From assembly GCA_965277335.1 (NCBI GenBank), contig CBDICJ010000007.1:155780-219779 (forward strand): 64,000 bases of DNA, written 5' to 3'. How positions within the stretch are numbered: position 1 is the stretch's first letter; every line of letters starts with the position of its first letter. Made by a program: the position numbers and the translations under genes. The notes beneath the pieces were generated by a model. It was not told where the DNA came from, made no database searches, and saw nothing but the letters and a program-made list of their open reading frames with translations. Positions 1 through 8,162 of the stretch are shown piece after piece. This stretch comes from Edaphobacter sp. (GTDB lineage Bacteria; Acidobacteriota; Terriglobia; Terriglobales; Acidobacteriaceae).

Positions 1-272
1 CCGTCCTCCGCCTGCACTTCCAGCCCCGCTTCACAGAACTAAAGGTAGATGCGCCCGGCTTCAATACTTTCTTGAAGCAATCCTTCGCCCAGAAGCGAAA
101 GACGCTGCAAAATAATCTCCGCACCGCCGGCTACCCAGCGGAAGACCTATCCGCCGCCTGGCCCGCCAGCATTCCCCCACAAGCGCGCGCCGAATCGCTG
201 GACCTGGAATCCATGGCCACCCTCTACCGCTCCCTCGCGACCACCGCTACGCGCGGGGCGGTCACTTCGTGA
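1..272 (+). CDS. rsmA: 16S rRNA dimethyladenosine transferase RsmA/KsgA, C-terminal fragment (5' end outside window)
   Basis: Frame 3 is open from nt 3. FLKQSFAQKRKTLQNNL...PQARAESLDLESMATLY resembles the KsgA C-terminal helical domain. The last ~8 codons run into repeat A1. Confidence 0.7.
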   Translation, partial: VLRLHFQPRFTELKVDAPGFNTFLKQSFAQKRKTLQNNLRTAGYPAEDLSAAWPASIPPQARAESLDLESMATLYRSLATTATRGAVTS

Positions 273-420
273 TGTGTATACCTTGCCTCGATAGATTGAG
301 TTGTATCGGTCTTTAGTTGATCGCAAGAAGATCTCCCGCCGACCATCGGGAGGCCCACCCGAAGGGGTACATACGCCACGAAGTGGCCGCTCTCCGCGCA
401 GGAGGCCCGTCCGGCAGGAC
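247..420. repeat. Repeat module A, copy A1 (left end truncated)
   Basis: Aligns by eye with 25381-25571. Shared blocks: GCGCGGGGCGGTCACTTCGTGA..GTATACC ... CCCGCCGACCATCGGGAGG ... GAAGGGGTA.ATACGC.CACGAAGTG ... GCGCAGGAGGCCCGTCCGGCAGGAC. Confidence 0.85.
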
Positions 421-449
421 GACCTCGTTGCGCATTCTGAGAAGAAGTT

Positions 450-1169
450 TCAGCGCCCCTCAGCCAGCATCTTCGCCGCCCGCAGCCTCACCCGCTCAAT
501 CACCGCTGCATCCTCGGCAATCGCGCTCAGCGCCGCCGAAATCGTGCCCAGCTCCAGCGCACGGCCCTCCGTCACCTCTTGTGAAAAAGAGTTCATCTCC
601 GAGTCCAGGCCCAGCCGGTCGTAGCGGTGCAGAAACTCCAGCCGGCGCCCTTCATCCATCGTGCTCGCAATGCCGAGAAACACGTCTGTCAGCAGAACCG
701 CGTTTTTATTTTCCGTGTAGTTGTACACGCACGACCCCGAACCATCCGCGCCCGAATAGCTCAGCGTCTTGGTTCCGGTATCCGCGATATTCTTCGCCTT
801 CGACGCGCATGCAAGTTCGAAGCGATTCGCCGAACGCGCCGCGTTGAAGATCTTCGCAACCATCTGCGGGCTCACCGTAAGCGTGCGATCGATATGCTGC
901 GCCGCCTCTCCCCGCATCATCGAATCACCGGACGATCGCGCCGCTTGGTCCGCCTGATAGCTGCCCGTGCCGTCCTCACGCACTCGCAGCGTAAACCGCG
1001 GCACTGGAAGACCCTCGCGGACAAACCAGAAGGTCACCTCGGCCTGCGCCGCGGCAGACATATCTGTAGCCGCGCCAGAGACATTTGTAGTCGTGGCTGA
1101 CTGTGCGACTGCAAGAGCACCGGGAAGCAACAGCGCCGCCGCAAAGATACCTCGCGCGACACCGGTCAT
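450..1169 (-). CDS. Secreted hypothetical protein (signal peptide)
   Basis: N-terminus MTGVARGIFAAALLLPGALAVAQS is signal-peptide-like. The ATG overlaps the ruvC stop (TGATG). No family recognised. Confidence 0.6.
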   Translation of the reverse strand: MTGVARGIFAAALLLPGALAVAQSATTTNVSGAATDMSAAAQAEVTFWFVREGLPVPRFTLRVREDGTGSYQADQAARSSGDSMMRGEAAQHIDRTLTVSPQMVAKIFNAARSANRFELACASKAKNIADTGTKTLSYSGADGSGSCVYNYTENKNAVLLTDVFLGIASTMDEGRRLEFLHRYDRLGLDSEMNSFSQEVTEGRALELGTISAALSAIAEDAAVIERVRLRAAKMLAEGR

Positions 1170-1675
1170 CACCGGGCGCCCTGCAATTCCAGCGTCTGCG
1201 CGGTATGGATATGACAGATCGCGATAGCCAGGGCGTCCGCGGCATCCGGCGAATCGAAGGCATTCTCGTTTTGCAGCAGACGTCTCACCATAAACTGCAC
1301 CTGCTCTTTACCCGCCAACCCATAACCCACCACCGAACTCTTGATGGAAAGCGGAGCATACTCCGCCACCGGCAGCCCACAAGTCGCAGCCGCCAGCATC
1401 GCAACCCCGCGAACCTGCCCCAGCTTGAGCGCGGACTTGGCATTTGCCGAAAAGAAGACCTCTTCAATGGCGACGATCTCCGGCTGATGCAGCGCCAACA
1501 TCGCAGTCAACTCCGCATAGACCTGCGCCAGCCGCTGCGGAGTCTTCTCGGCTTTGTTCAGACGAATCGTTCCAGCACAGATATGCGCCAGCCGCGGCAT
1601 CCTGGCCTCACAGTCCACCTCGACTACGCCGTACCCAGTGAACTCCGTGCCGCAATCGATGCCGAAGACTCGCAT
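1169..1675 (-). CDS. ruvC: Crossover junction endodeoxyribonuclease RuvC
   Basis: MRVFGIDCGTEFTGYGVV... matches the RuvC N-terminal catalytic motif. Length ~168 aa. Start trimmed to the ATG at 1675. Confidence 0.9.
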   Translation of the reverse strand: MRVFGIDCGTEFTGYGVVEVDCEARMPRLAHICAGTIRLNKAEKTPQRLAQVYAELTAMLALHQPEIVAIEEVFFSANAKSALKLGQVRGVAMLAAATCGLPVAEYAPLSIKSSVVGYGLAGKEQVQFMVRRLLQNENAFDSPDAADALAIAICHIHTAQTLELQGAR

Positions 1676-1761
1676 GCGCGAAGTGTACTGCATTTGCCTC
1701 TGGCTTCCAGCTATCGAGATGGCTTCCCGCTATCGAAGTTGAGTCCCGGCGGCCATCCCGG

Positions 1762-2532
1762 TCAGCGCGAGATGCCCTCGAGCGGCGAGCTCGCCGTCGC
1801 ATAGAGCTTTCGCTGCATCCTGCCCGCAAGAAACGCCTGCCGCCCGGCCAGCACAGCATGCTGCATCGCCTCGGCCATCAGCAACGGGTCCTTGGCAGCC
1901 GCGATCGCCGTATTCATCAGCACCGCATCGAATCCCAGCTCCATCGCAACCGCGGCATCGGAGGCCGTACCCACGCCGGCGTCAACGATCAGCGGAACCT
2001 CCGTGATCAGCTCACGCAGAATGCGCAGGTTCGCCGTGTTCTGCAGCCCCAGCCCGCTTCCAATCGGCGCTCCCAGCGGCATCACCGCCGCCGCCCCCGC
2101 GTCAATCAATCGCTTTGCAAACACAATGTCGTCCGAGGTATACGGCAGCACAGTAAAGCCTTCCTTCACCAGTACGCGAGTAGCTTCAAGCGTCGCGTGA
2201 ACATCCGGATAGAGCGTCTGCTGGTCTCCGATCACCTCGATTTTCACCCAATCCGACAGCCCCACCTCGCGCCCCAGCCGCGCCGCCCGAATCGCCTCGT
2301 CCGCGGTGTAGCAGCCGGCAGTGTTGGGCAGCAGGAAATAGCGTCGCGGGTCAATGAAATCCAACAGCGACTCGCTCGACCTGTCCAGGTTTACCCGGCG
2401 CACCGCAACTGTCACCATCTCCGCCCCGGAGGCCTCGATGGCAGCCTGCGTCTCGGCGCCGTCCTTGTACTTTCCTGTCCCGACAATGAGCCGCGATTGG
2501 AACGCCCGCCCCGCAATCACCAAAGGTTTCAT
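1762..2532 (-). CDS. thiG: Thiazole synthase ThiG
   Basis: [24 protein letters not shown]...[10 protein letters not shown]...[12 protein letters not shown] are canonical ThiG motifs. Start trimmed to the ATG at 2532. Confidence 0.92.
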   Translation of the reverse strand: MKPLVIAGRAFQSRLIVGTGKYKDGAETQAAIEASGAEMVTVAVRRVNLDRSSESLLDFIDPRRYFLLPNTAGCYTADEAIRAARLGREVGLSDWVKIEVIGDQQTLYPDVHATLEATRVLVKEGFTVLPYTSDDIVFAKRLIDAGAAAVMPLGAPIGSGLGLQNTANLRILRELITEVPLIVDAGVGTASDAAVAMELGFDAVLMNTAIAAAKDPLLMAEAMQHAVLAGRQAFLAGRMQRKLYATASSPLEGISR

Positions 2533-2561
2533 AGTCGCTATTCTACTAGCCTGCAACGCTC

Positions 2562-2606
2562 GGGAAAACGCAAACGGCTCGCGCTCTGAAGAGAGCTGCG
2601 AGCCGT
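2562..2606 (-). terminator. Terminator/attenuator-like hairpin in the thiG leader
   Basis: On the minus strand: a 13-bp GC-rich stem (CGGCTCGC(A)GCTCT / AGAGCGCGAGCCG), loop CUUC, then TTTGCGTTTTCCC. It lies ~30 nt upstream of the thiG ATG. Confidence 0.4.
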
Positions 2607-3160
2607 CTGGCGGTGATCTGTTGAGATTGACCTGAGGCGCCCATACTCGGACTTGGCCTCGGCGTGGACTTTCTTTAAAAAAGACCGCCAGGACTAGAGC
2701 AATGGACGCTCTAAGCCTCAGTCACCTCACGTACTGTTGCACTACATTTACCGTCAATTTTCATAGGCTGGACCATCCTCCTTTCCCGTGTAAAAACAGA
2801 TTACATCTGAGATGATTTCAATGCAAGTTCGCAGCACGGACGGCGAACGGACAGACTGGCGAAGGAACGCCGCCGACCATCAAAACGGCTGCCAACATCG
2901 TCTGCTCATGGCTGCACTGCAGGATCGTCGATGCAGTCAAGGGAGGTCCGCGTCTTCACGCCAGGGCAGGTCGCATGGAGGTGTCTTTCAGAGATGTCAC
3001 TGCTGTTCCGAAGTCCACCGCTAAATCTGCATCCTATGAAGAACATGAGGGAAAGAGCCGGACGCAGCCTCGGCTCGCTATAAAAACGATAGCTCATGGC
3101 GCATCAGGATTGACCCACAGCACGGGGACGTGAGGTAATCCGAAACTTCGGCCAAAAGAG

Positions 3161-4072
3161 ATGCCAACAATGACAGGCTTCTATCTCCATCTTCTTCAAC
3201 GCAGTTGGACTGACTGGAATGACGACAATGCTCCACGGCTTGGAGCAGCTTTGGCCTTCTACACCATTCTCTCTATTTCGCCGCTCACCATTCTCGTCCT
3301 GGCGATCATCTCTCTTGTCTTTGATCGCTCTCATGCTCAGGCTCACTTGCTGGCGCAGATACAAGCTCTGGTCGGGCCTGACGGCAGGAGCGCCGTCCAA
3401 TCTCTACTGGCAAGCGGGCAAAAGGCTTTCTCCGGGATCTTTGCGACGATCATGGGCGTGCTGACTTTAGTCTTTGGCGCTTCAGGCGTGTTCACCGAAC
3501 TGCGATCCGCTCTCAACACCATCTGGGACGCTGAACCGAAGAAAGAATCCACTCTATGGGGCTTGGCGCGAGAGCGGTTTTTCTCTTTCGGCATGGTCAT
3601 CAGCATCGGTTTTATCCTTTTGGCTTCACTTCTCGCCAGTGCAGGTCTGGATGCGATGGCCAAGTTCTTCAGCACTCTGTTGCCGCTGCCGCCTTTTGTG
3701 CTTGGCGCCTTCGACTTTGTGGTCTCGCTGGTTGGAATCGCAATACTCTTCGGTCTCATCTTCAAATACGTGCCTGAAACCAAAGTGAGTTGGAGCGACG
3801 TAAGGATTGGAGCTTTGGCGACGGCACTCCTCTTCACCATCGGGAAGTTGCTGCTTGGCCTCTATATTGGAAAAGCTACTCCCGGGTCTGCCTACGGAGC
3901 GGCAGGCTCCCTCGTCGTTATGGTGATTTGGGTGTATTACTCAGCGCAGATCTTCTATTTTGGCGCTGAGTTTACGCATGTTCACGCCCTATCGCAGACA
4001 GGCGCGCCTCTCGCTCCCTCCAAGGCCTCGAACATTAGCCCGGCCGATGCACCACAAGCCAGCGCTGATTGA
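3161..4072 (+). CDS. YihY/virulence factor BrkB family membrane protein
   Basis: LGAALAFYTILSISPL..., multiple TM segments and a C-terminal VIWVYYSAQIFYFGAEF motif are typical of the YihY/BrkB (RNase BN-like) family. Confidence 0.85.
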   Translation: MPTMTGFYLHLLQRSWTDWNDDNAPRLGAALAFYTILSISPLTILVLAIISLVFDRSHAQAHLLAQIQALVGPDGRSAVQSLLASGQKAFSGIFATIMGVLTLVFGASGVFTELRSALNTIWDAEPKKESTLWGLARERFFSFGMVISIGFILLASLLASAGLDAMAKFFSTLLPLPPFVLGAFDFVVSLVGIAILFGLIFKYVPETKVSWSDVRIGALATALLFTIGKLLLGLYIGKATPGSAYGAAGSLVVMVIWVYYSAQIFYFGAEFTHVHALSQTGAPLAPSKASNISPADAPQASAD

Positions 4073-4126
4073 ATCGCGGGTCGAGTCGTCCTGTTCGTGC
4101 CCAATGTCTGCGCAATCGCTACAACG

Positions 4127-7100
4127 TCACCAACTCTTCTTGATCAGTGTGTCTACCGCGAACCCTCCGTTCTGATCCCGGGTGGCGCTCACGGCGAATC
4201 GAGGAGAAACTTGATATTGGCCTTGTATCGTCTGGCTTTGGGTGGAAGCCACATTGCTTGAGAAGGTCACAAAGAGGTTTCCCGTGACCCTTTGCTGGAT
4301 CGTGATATTCGCGCCTGGAGGGCCCTGACTGCTGCCGCCTGCCAGAACCGGATTGATCGACAACTGAGAGATGCCTGCCACCTTCGATACGCGGCTCGTT
4401 ACCTGGCTACTGACCTGTGAGGCGACGAGCGACTCTGCGGCTTGATTGGCTGGAGTCGAAGGATTTGCGGAGTTAGCCTCCGTCGTCTGACCGAAGGCCA
4501 GGAGATTGATGATGTCGGCCGACGGGAGAGCGGGGTCGGAGCTGTAGTCCGTGCGCAGCTGATCGACTGGACCATTGAACCGCAGGAAAATGTTGTACTG
4601 CTGGATCGTGGTGTTCAGGGAGATGTTGACCACGGGCTGCGTCTCGGATGGATTGACGAACTCGACCGTTCCACCGTCGAGGACAAACCGATCGCCGTTC
4701 AGGATGACATCGCCGTTACTGAGATTGACTCGCCCGAGGATGACAGGCTGCGATGCCGTCCCTTTGACTTGTAGATTCGCCGAACCGCCGATGCTGACGG
4801 TCCGGCTAACCAGATTGACTTCGTTGGTGGAGCGGACGGAAAGGTTGAGCTGCAGATTCTGGCTGAAGCCGGGCGTTGGAGGCGTCTGGACGCCGCCTGA
4901 AAATTGGCTGATGAAGTTGGTGAGATCGAAGGCAGGTGTGAAGGAAAGATCGGAGATGTTTACCGTGCCTCCGAGAAGCGCGTTGTCGGTGGTCCCCGTC
5001 ATCCTCAAATTTGCGCCGATCGTTTCGCGAACGCCCTGGGGATAAAGAAGGCGAATTCCCCGAGCAGCGAGCCCTAGATCGAACTGGACGCTTGGTTTGT
5101 AAGCTACTCCACCTTGGGCAGTCAGAGTGCCGCCGCCTACCGTACCCTGGAAACTCGATATGTTGATTCGATCCTTTGTGAGGGTAAGCACGCCGTTGCC
5201 ATGCTGCAGGCCGACGGGAAGATCGCCGGAGGCGAAGTTCGCATCCACGATATTGATCTGGCCGCCGAGATTGGATCCGTTTGCCGCACCGTAAGAGTTG
5301 ACGTTGAACTTCAGTTCTCCGGAGCTTCTTATGTCCGGATCGAAGAGCTGCGCCAGTTGCAGATTGACCGTTCCCAGCAGCAGGAGAGACATCGGTGCGG
5401 CTCCTGCGGTCGGAATCGATCCCTGGAACTGCAGATCGGTGTCTGTGCCGCGAATGGCTGCTCGCTGCAGATCGATCACGTTATTTTTGTAATCGATGTG
5501 GATGGGGGATGCTGCCGCAAGCTGAATAGTGTTGCTGTATTCGACCTTCAGGACGGGAATAGTCACATGCGCTTCGAGGAGATTTTTTTTCTTGAGCGGG
5601 CCATGCAGCGTAGCGTGAAGCTCGGTTTGTCCAGTGACGTCGGCGGCCTGGTCGGGAGCGTAGACGGCGAGCAGCGGTTGCAGAGGAATCGATTGCGTAT
5701 CGAGTGTCGCGTCGGCAACGTAGTCGCCGGTGAGATTGACGCGTGCCTTTCCCTGTATCGATGTGTTAACCGCCGAGGTGGACAAGTTGGCATTCGCGAC
5801 GTGATTGACCACAGCCATGGTCAGGTCAAGCGCCGTGATGGTCTGCTTCTGAACCACAAGCTGCGGAATCTGCAGCGTCGCATCGAGTTGCGGATTGTCA
5901 AACGAGCCTTGGCCATGGGCGTCGATAGCGAGAACGCCTGTCGCGTCGACATTTCTACTCTTCAGAGCCTGCAGTTTGTCGAGATGGATTCCGGAAGAGG
6001 TGATCTGCGCGATGTAGGTCTTCTGCTGAGGATGAACGCTGACCTTGCTCTGCAGGCTGCCGGCTGGAAGATCGACGGCCAGGTTTCCGTGTATCTCGTC
6101 GCCGGTGCCGGCAAAGATCACCTTGACAGCGTCTAAAGGTTCCTCATATGCAACGACGTTCGATAGCGTCACGCTGCCGTCACCGGCGGGACTCAATTCG
6201 CTGCCGTGCAGCTTCACGTTGGCGTTGAGTGTGCCGGTCACAGGAAGCTGCTGTCCCGCAAGCTTTTCGAGATCCGCAAGATTCAGTTGTGTGGCAGTCA
6301 AATCCAACTGAATGGGGCTGGTCTTGGTAAATGACCACTGGGTAAGACCTGTGCTTGCATTTAGAGTGATGCGCCCGCGAGAGGCTGGCTCAAGATCGGC
6401 CTGCTGAAGGCTGGCATAGGACGGGCTGAGGTCTACGTTGGTCCGGATCACTTTCCACTCCGTGCCATTGACGTGCAGGCTGGCCGCCGTGAGTTGACCG
6501 GCCAAGTGCGGCGCAGCCGTGGATCCGCGGACCGTGCCCTGGAAAGTAGCGCTTCCGGCGAGGCCGAGCGGCTGCGCGGGTTTGCCGGGAGCCGGCATAC
6601 GAATAACATCAGCGATCGTTTCAAACTCGCGGAGGTCGTTTGCCTGCAGATGCACATCGAGGCTCGATCGGTCGCTCACCACACCATTCAGCGTGAGGCT
6701 CGTCTGCGGGGTGCGAAGGAAGCTCTTGGCGAGCGCAATCTGCTTGTTGCTCGCCGTGTAAGTGCCGTGAATTGCGCTTTCAACGGGAATCATCGAACTC
6801 GGCATTCCTGTCGTGCTCTGTCCCGAGATCCGCCCTTGGACGGTGGCATCGGTATGCGCCAAGAGATCGTCGAACGTCTTTCCCCACGATGCCTTCGCCT
6901 CCGCACTGAGGACGCCGCCGACCGAGACGTTCTGCGGCAAAGCGCTCGGGGCAAAGGCGCGCCTCAGTTCAGCGAGCGAAACCTTGCGCACGCTGGCGGT
7001 CAAAGTCGAGTGCGAGTTGCCGGCAATATCGCTCATCTTGCCGGAAGCCGTCAGATCGCCGCCCAGCAGACTCGCCTTCGCATCCTGCAGGACTGCATCG

Positions 7101-8152
7101 CCGTTCGCCAGAGAGTAGTGCGCCGCGATATTGCGAATCTGCGTACGTAGCGAAGGCGAGCGCATATCGAGTTGCGGACTGCTAACGTCTCCGTTCACGA
7201 CCAGCGAATCGAGGAGCGGATGGTTGGCTATCTGCGTGTATTGCGCGGCGCCAGTCGCCCTTATCTGTCCCGTAGGCACCGTCTGATTGTTTAAAATCTG
7301 GCGGAACTGGCCTGCGTCGATCGTCGCATCGTACTGCGCATGCACGACGGGATGCGCATAGTTGTCGAGCGTAGCCGTGAGCGATACCCGCGACGAACCA
7401 CTGGTGACCTTCGCTTGCATGAGATGGAAGGTAGTGGGAGTCGCGTCGAACTGCGCGTCGAGATCGTGCGGAATGGGCTTGAGCGAACCGGAGACTAGAT
7501 GTCCGTCCGAGTAAGCGAGCCGCCCGGAGTATTTCTGCAGCGATGAGTCGAAAATTGCGCGGAACTCGACATCGTGCAGGTCGGCCGCGAGCACGCTTTG
7601 CCGATTGTTGTAGAAGACCTCGCCTTGGTCCAGAATGGCATGCCGCACCCCAAGGTCGAATAAGCTGGTGTTGCTGCTTTTGCCGCTGCTCTTGAGCGTG
7701 GGTATGTTGGAAACTCCATTTGCATCGGTGTATATCTTCACGATCGGGCGGTCTATGCGCACGGTATCGAGGTACCACTTTCTATGCAGGATCGAGACGA
7801 TACGAACTCCTACCTGGGCGTGTTCAACCTGCAGCAGCGGCGGGTTGGTATAGGGGGAAGCACCGTCCACGGTGACGCCGTAAACATCCAAACTGAGATT
7901 GGACAGATGAAGGCCAAAGTCCCGCAAATAAACCTGTGTGCCCAGGCTGTCGCTCGCGTCCTTCTGCACCGTCGCGAGGACGTAACGAGGGAGACGCGAA
8001 CTATGCAGTGCGACTGTCGCCGAGACCACTGACAGAAGGATCAAAACGAAAAGACTGCCAGCCAACCATGCAATGATCTTTAAGACCGGATGCCGTTTCG
8101 GTCGAGGCTCCGGGTTGGGATTGGGAGCAGAGGATGTCAAAAGAGTGTTCAC
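4127..8152 (-). CDS. tamB: Translocation and assembly module subunit TamB (AsmA-like, DUF490 C-terminus)
   Basis: 1341 aa with one N-terminal TM anchor and a long beta-rich repetitive body. The C-terminus has the conserved TamB/DUF490 character. GTG start lies 10 nt downstream of the Omp85 gene. Confidence 0.8.
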   Translation of the reverse strand: MNTLLTSSAPNPNPEPRPKRHPVLKIIAWLAGSLFVLILLSVVSATVALHSSRLPRYVLATVQKDASDSLGTQVYLRDFGLHLSNLSLDVYGVTVDGASPYTNPPLLQVEHAQVGVRIVSILHRKWYLDTVRIDRPIVKIYTDANGVSNIPTLKSSGKSSNTSLFDLGVRHAILDQGEVFYNNRQSVLAADLHDVEFRAIFDSSLQKYSGRLAYSDGHLVSGSLKPIPHDLDAQFDATPTTFHLMQAKVTSGSSRVSLTATLDNYAHPVVHAQYDATIDAGQFRQILNNQTVPTGQIRATGAAQYTQIANHPLLDSLVVNGDVSSPQLDMRSPSLRTQIRNIAAHYSLANGDAVLQDAKASLLGGDLTASGKMSDIAGNSHSTLTASVRKVSLAELRRAFAPSALPQNVSVGGVLSAEAKASWGKTFDDLLAHTDATVQGRISGQSTTGMPSSMIPVESAIHGTYTASNKQIALAKSFLRTPQTSLTLNGVVSDRSSLDVHLQANDLREFETIADVIRMPAPGKPAQPLGLAGSATFQGTVRGSTAAPHLAGQLTAASLHVNGTEWKVIRTNVDLSPSYASLQQADLEPASRGRITLNASTGLTQWSFTKTSPIQLDLTATQLNLADLEKLAGQQLPVTGTLNANVKLHGSELSPAGDGSVTLSNVVAYEEPLDAVKVIFAGTGDEIHGNLAVDLPAGSLQSKVSVHPQQKTYIAQITSSGIHLDKLQALKSRNVDATGVLAIDAHGQGSFDNPQLDATLQIPQLVVQKQTITALDLTMAVVNHVANANLSTSAVNTSIQGKARVNLTGDYVADATLDTQSIPLQPLLAVYAPDQAADVTGQTELHATLHGPLKKKNLLEAHVTIPVLKVEYSNTIQLAAASPIHIDYKNNVIDLQRAAIRGTDTDLQFQGSIPTAGAAPMSLLLLGTVNLQLAQLFDPDIRSSGELKFNVNSYGAANGSNLGGQINIVDANFASGDLPVGLQHGNGVLTLTKDRINISSFQGTVGGGTLTAQGGVAYKPSVQFDLGLAARGIRLLYPQGVRETIGANLRMTGTTDNALLGGTVNISDLSFTPAFDLTNFISQFSGGVQTPPTPGFSQNLQLNLSVRSTNEVNLVSRTVSIGGSANLQVKGTASQPVILGRVNLSNGDVILNGDRFVLDGGTVEFVNPSETQPVVNISLNTTIQQYNIFLRFNGPVDQLRTDYSSDPALPSADIINLLAFGQTTEANSANPSTPANQAAESLVASQVSSQVTSRVSKVAGISQLSINPVLAGGSSQGPPGANITIQQRVTGNLFVTFSSNVASTQSQTIQGQYQVSPRFAVSATRDQNGGFAVDTLIKKSW

Positions 8153-8162
8153 GGGGCCTCGC

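Noticed and set aside
301-847. ORFs 301-624 and 317-847, plus recurring peptides such as RRPSGGPPEGVHTPRSGR (also at 25304-25618, 30746-30964, 34123-34314 and 29887-30900)
   Set aside because: The shared peptide is just the translation of repeat module A. The rest overlaps better-supported genes on the opposite strand.
2533-2800. Standard TPP (THI-box) riboswitch upstream of thiG
   Set aside because: It was expected from context, but I could not find the conserved CUGAGA and ACCUGAUCUGG..CCAGCG cores on the minus strand. The partial UGAGA..ACCUGAGG match is on the wrong strand and lacks a P3 helix. It is reported only as an unclassified structured leader.
2812-3097. ORFs 2812-3024 (plus, 70 aa) and 2906-3097 (minus, 63 aa)
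   Set aside because: They have no ribosome-binding site and odd Cys/Arg/His-rich composition. They overlap each other in a region with non-coding character.
2640-3160. tmRNA, RNase P RNA or a tRNA in the long non-coding gap
   Set aside because: I found no GGTTCGA(A/T)TCC-type T-loop, no tmRNA 5' or 3' ends, and no GGAGGAAAGUCCGGGC-like RNase P core on either strand by eye. I saw no tRNA-like T-arm anywhere in the window.
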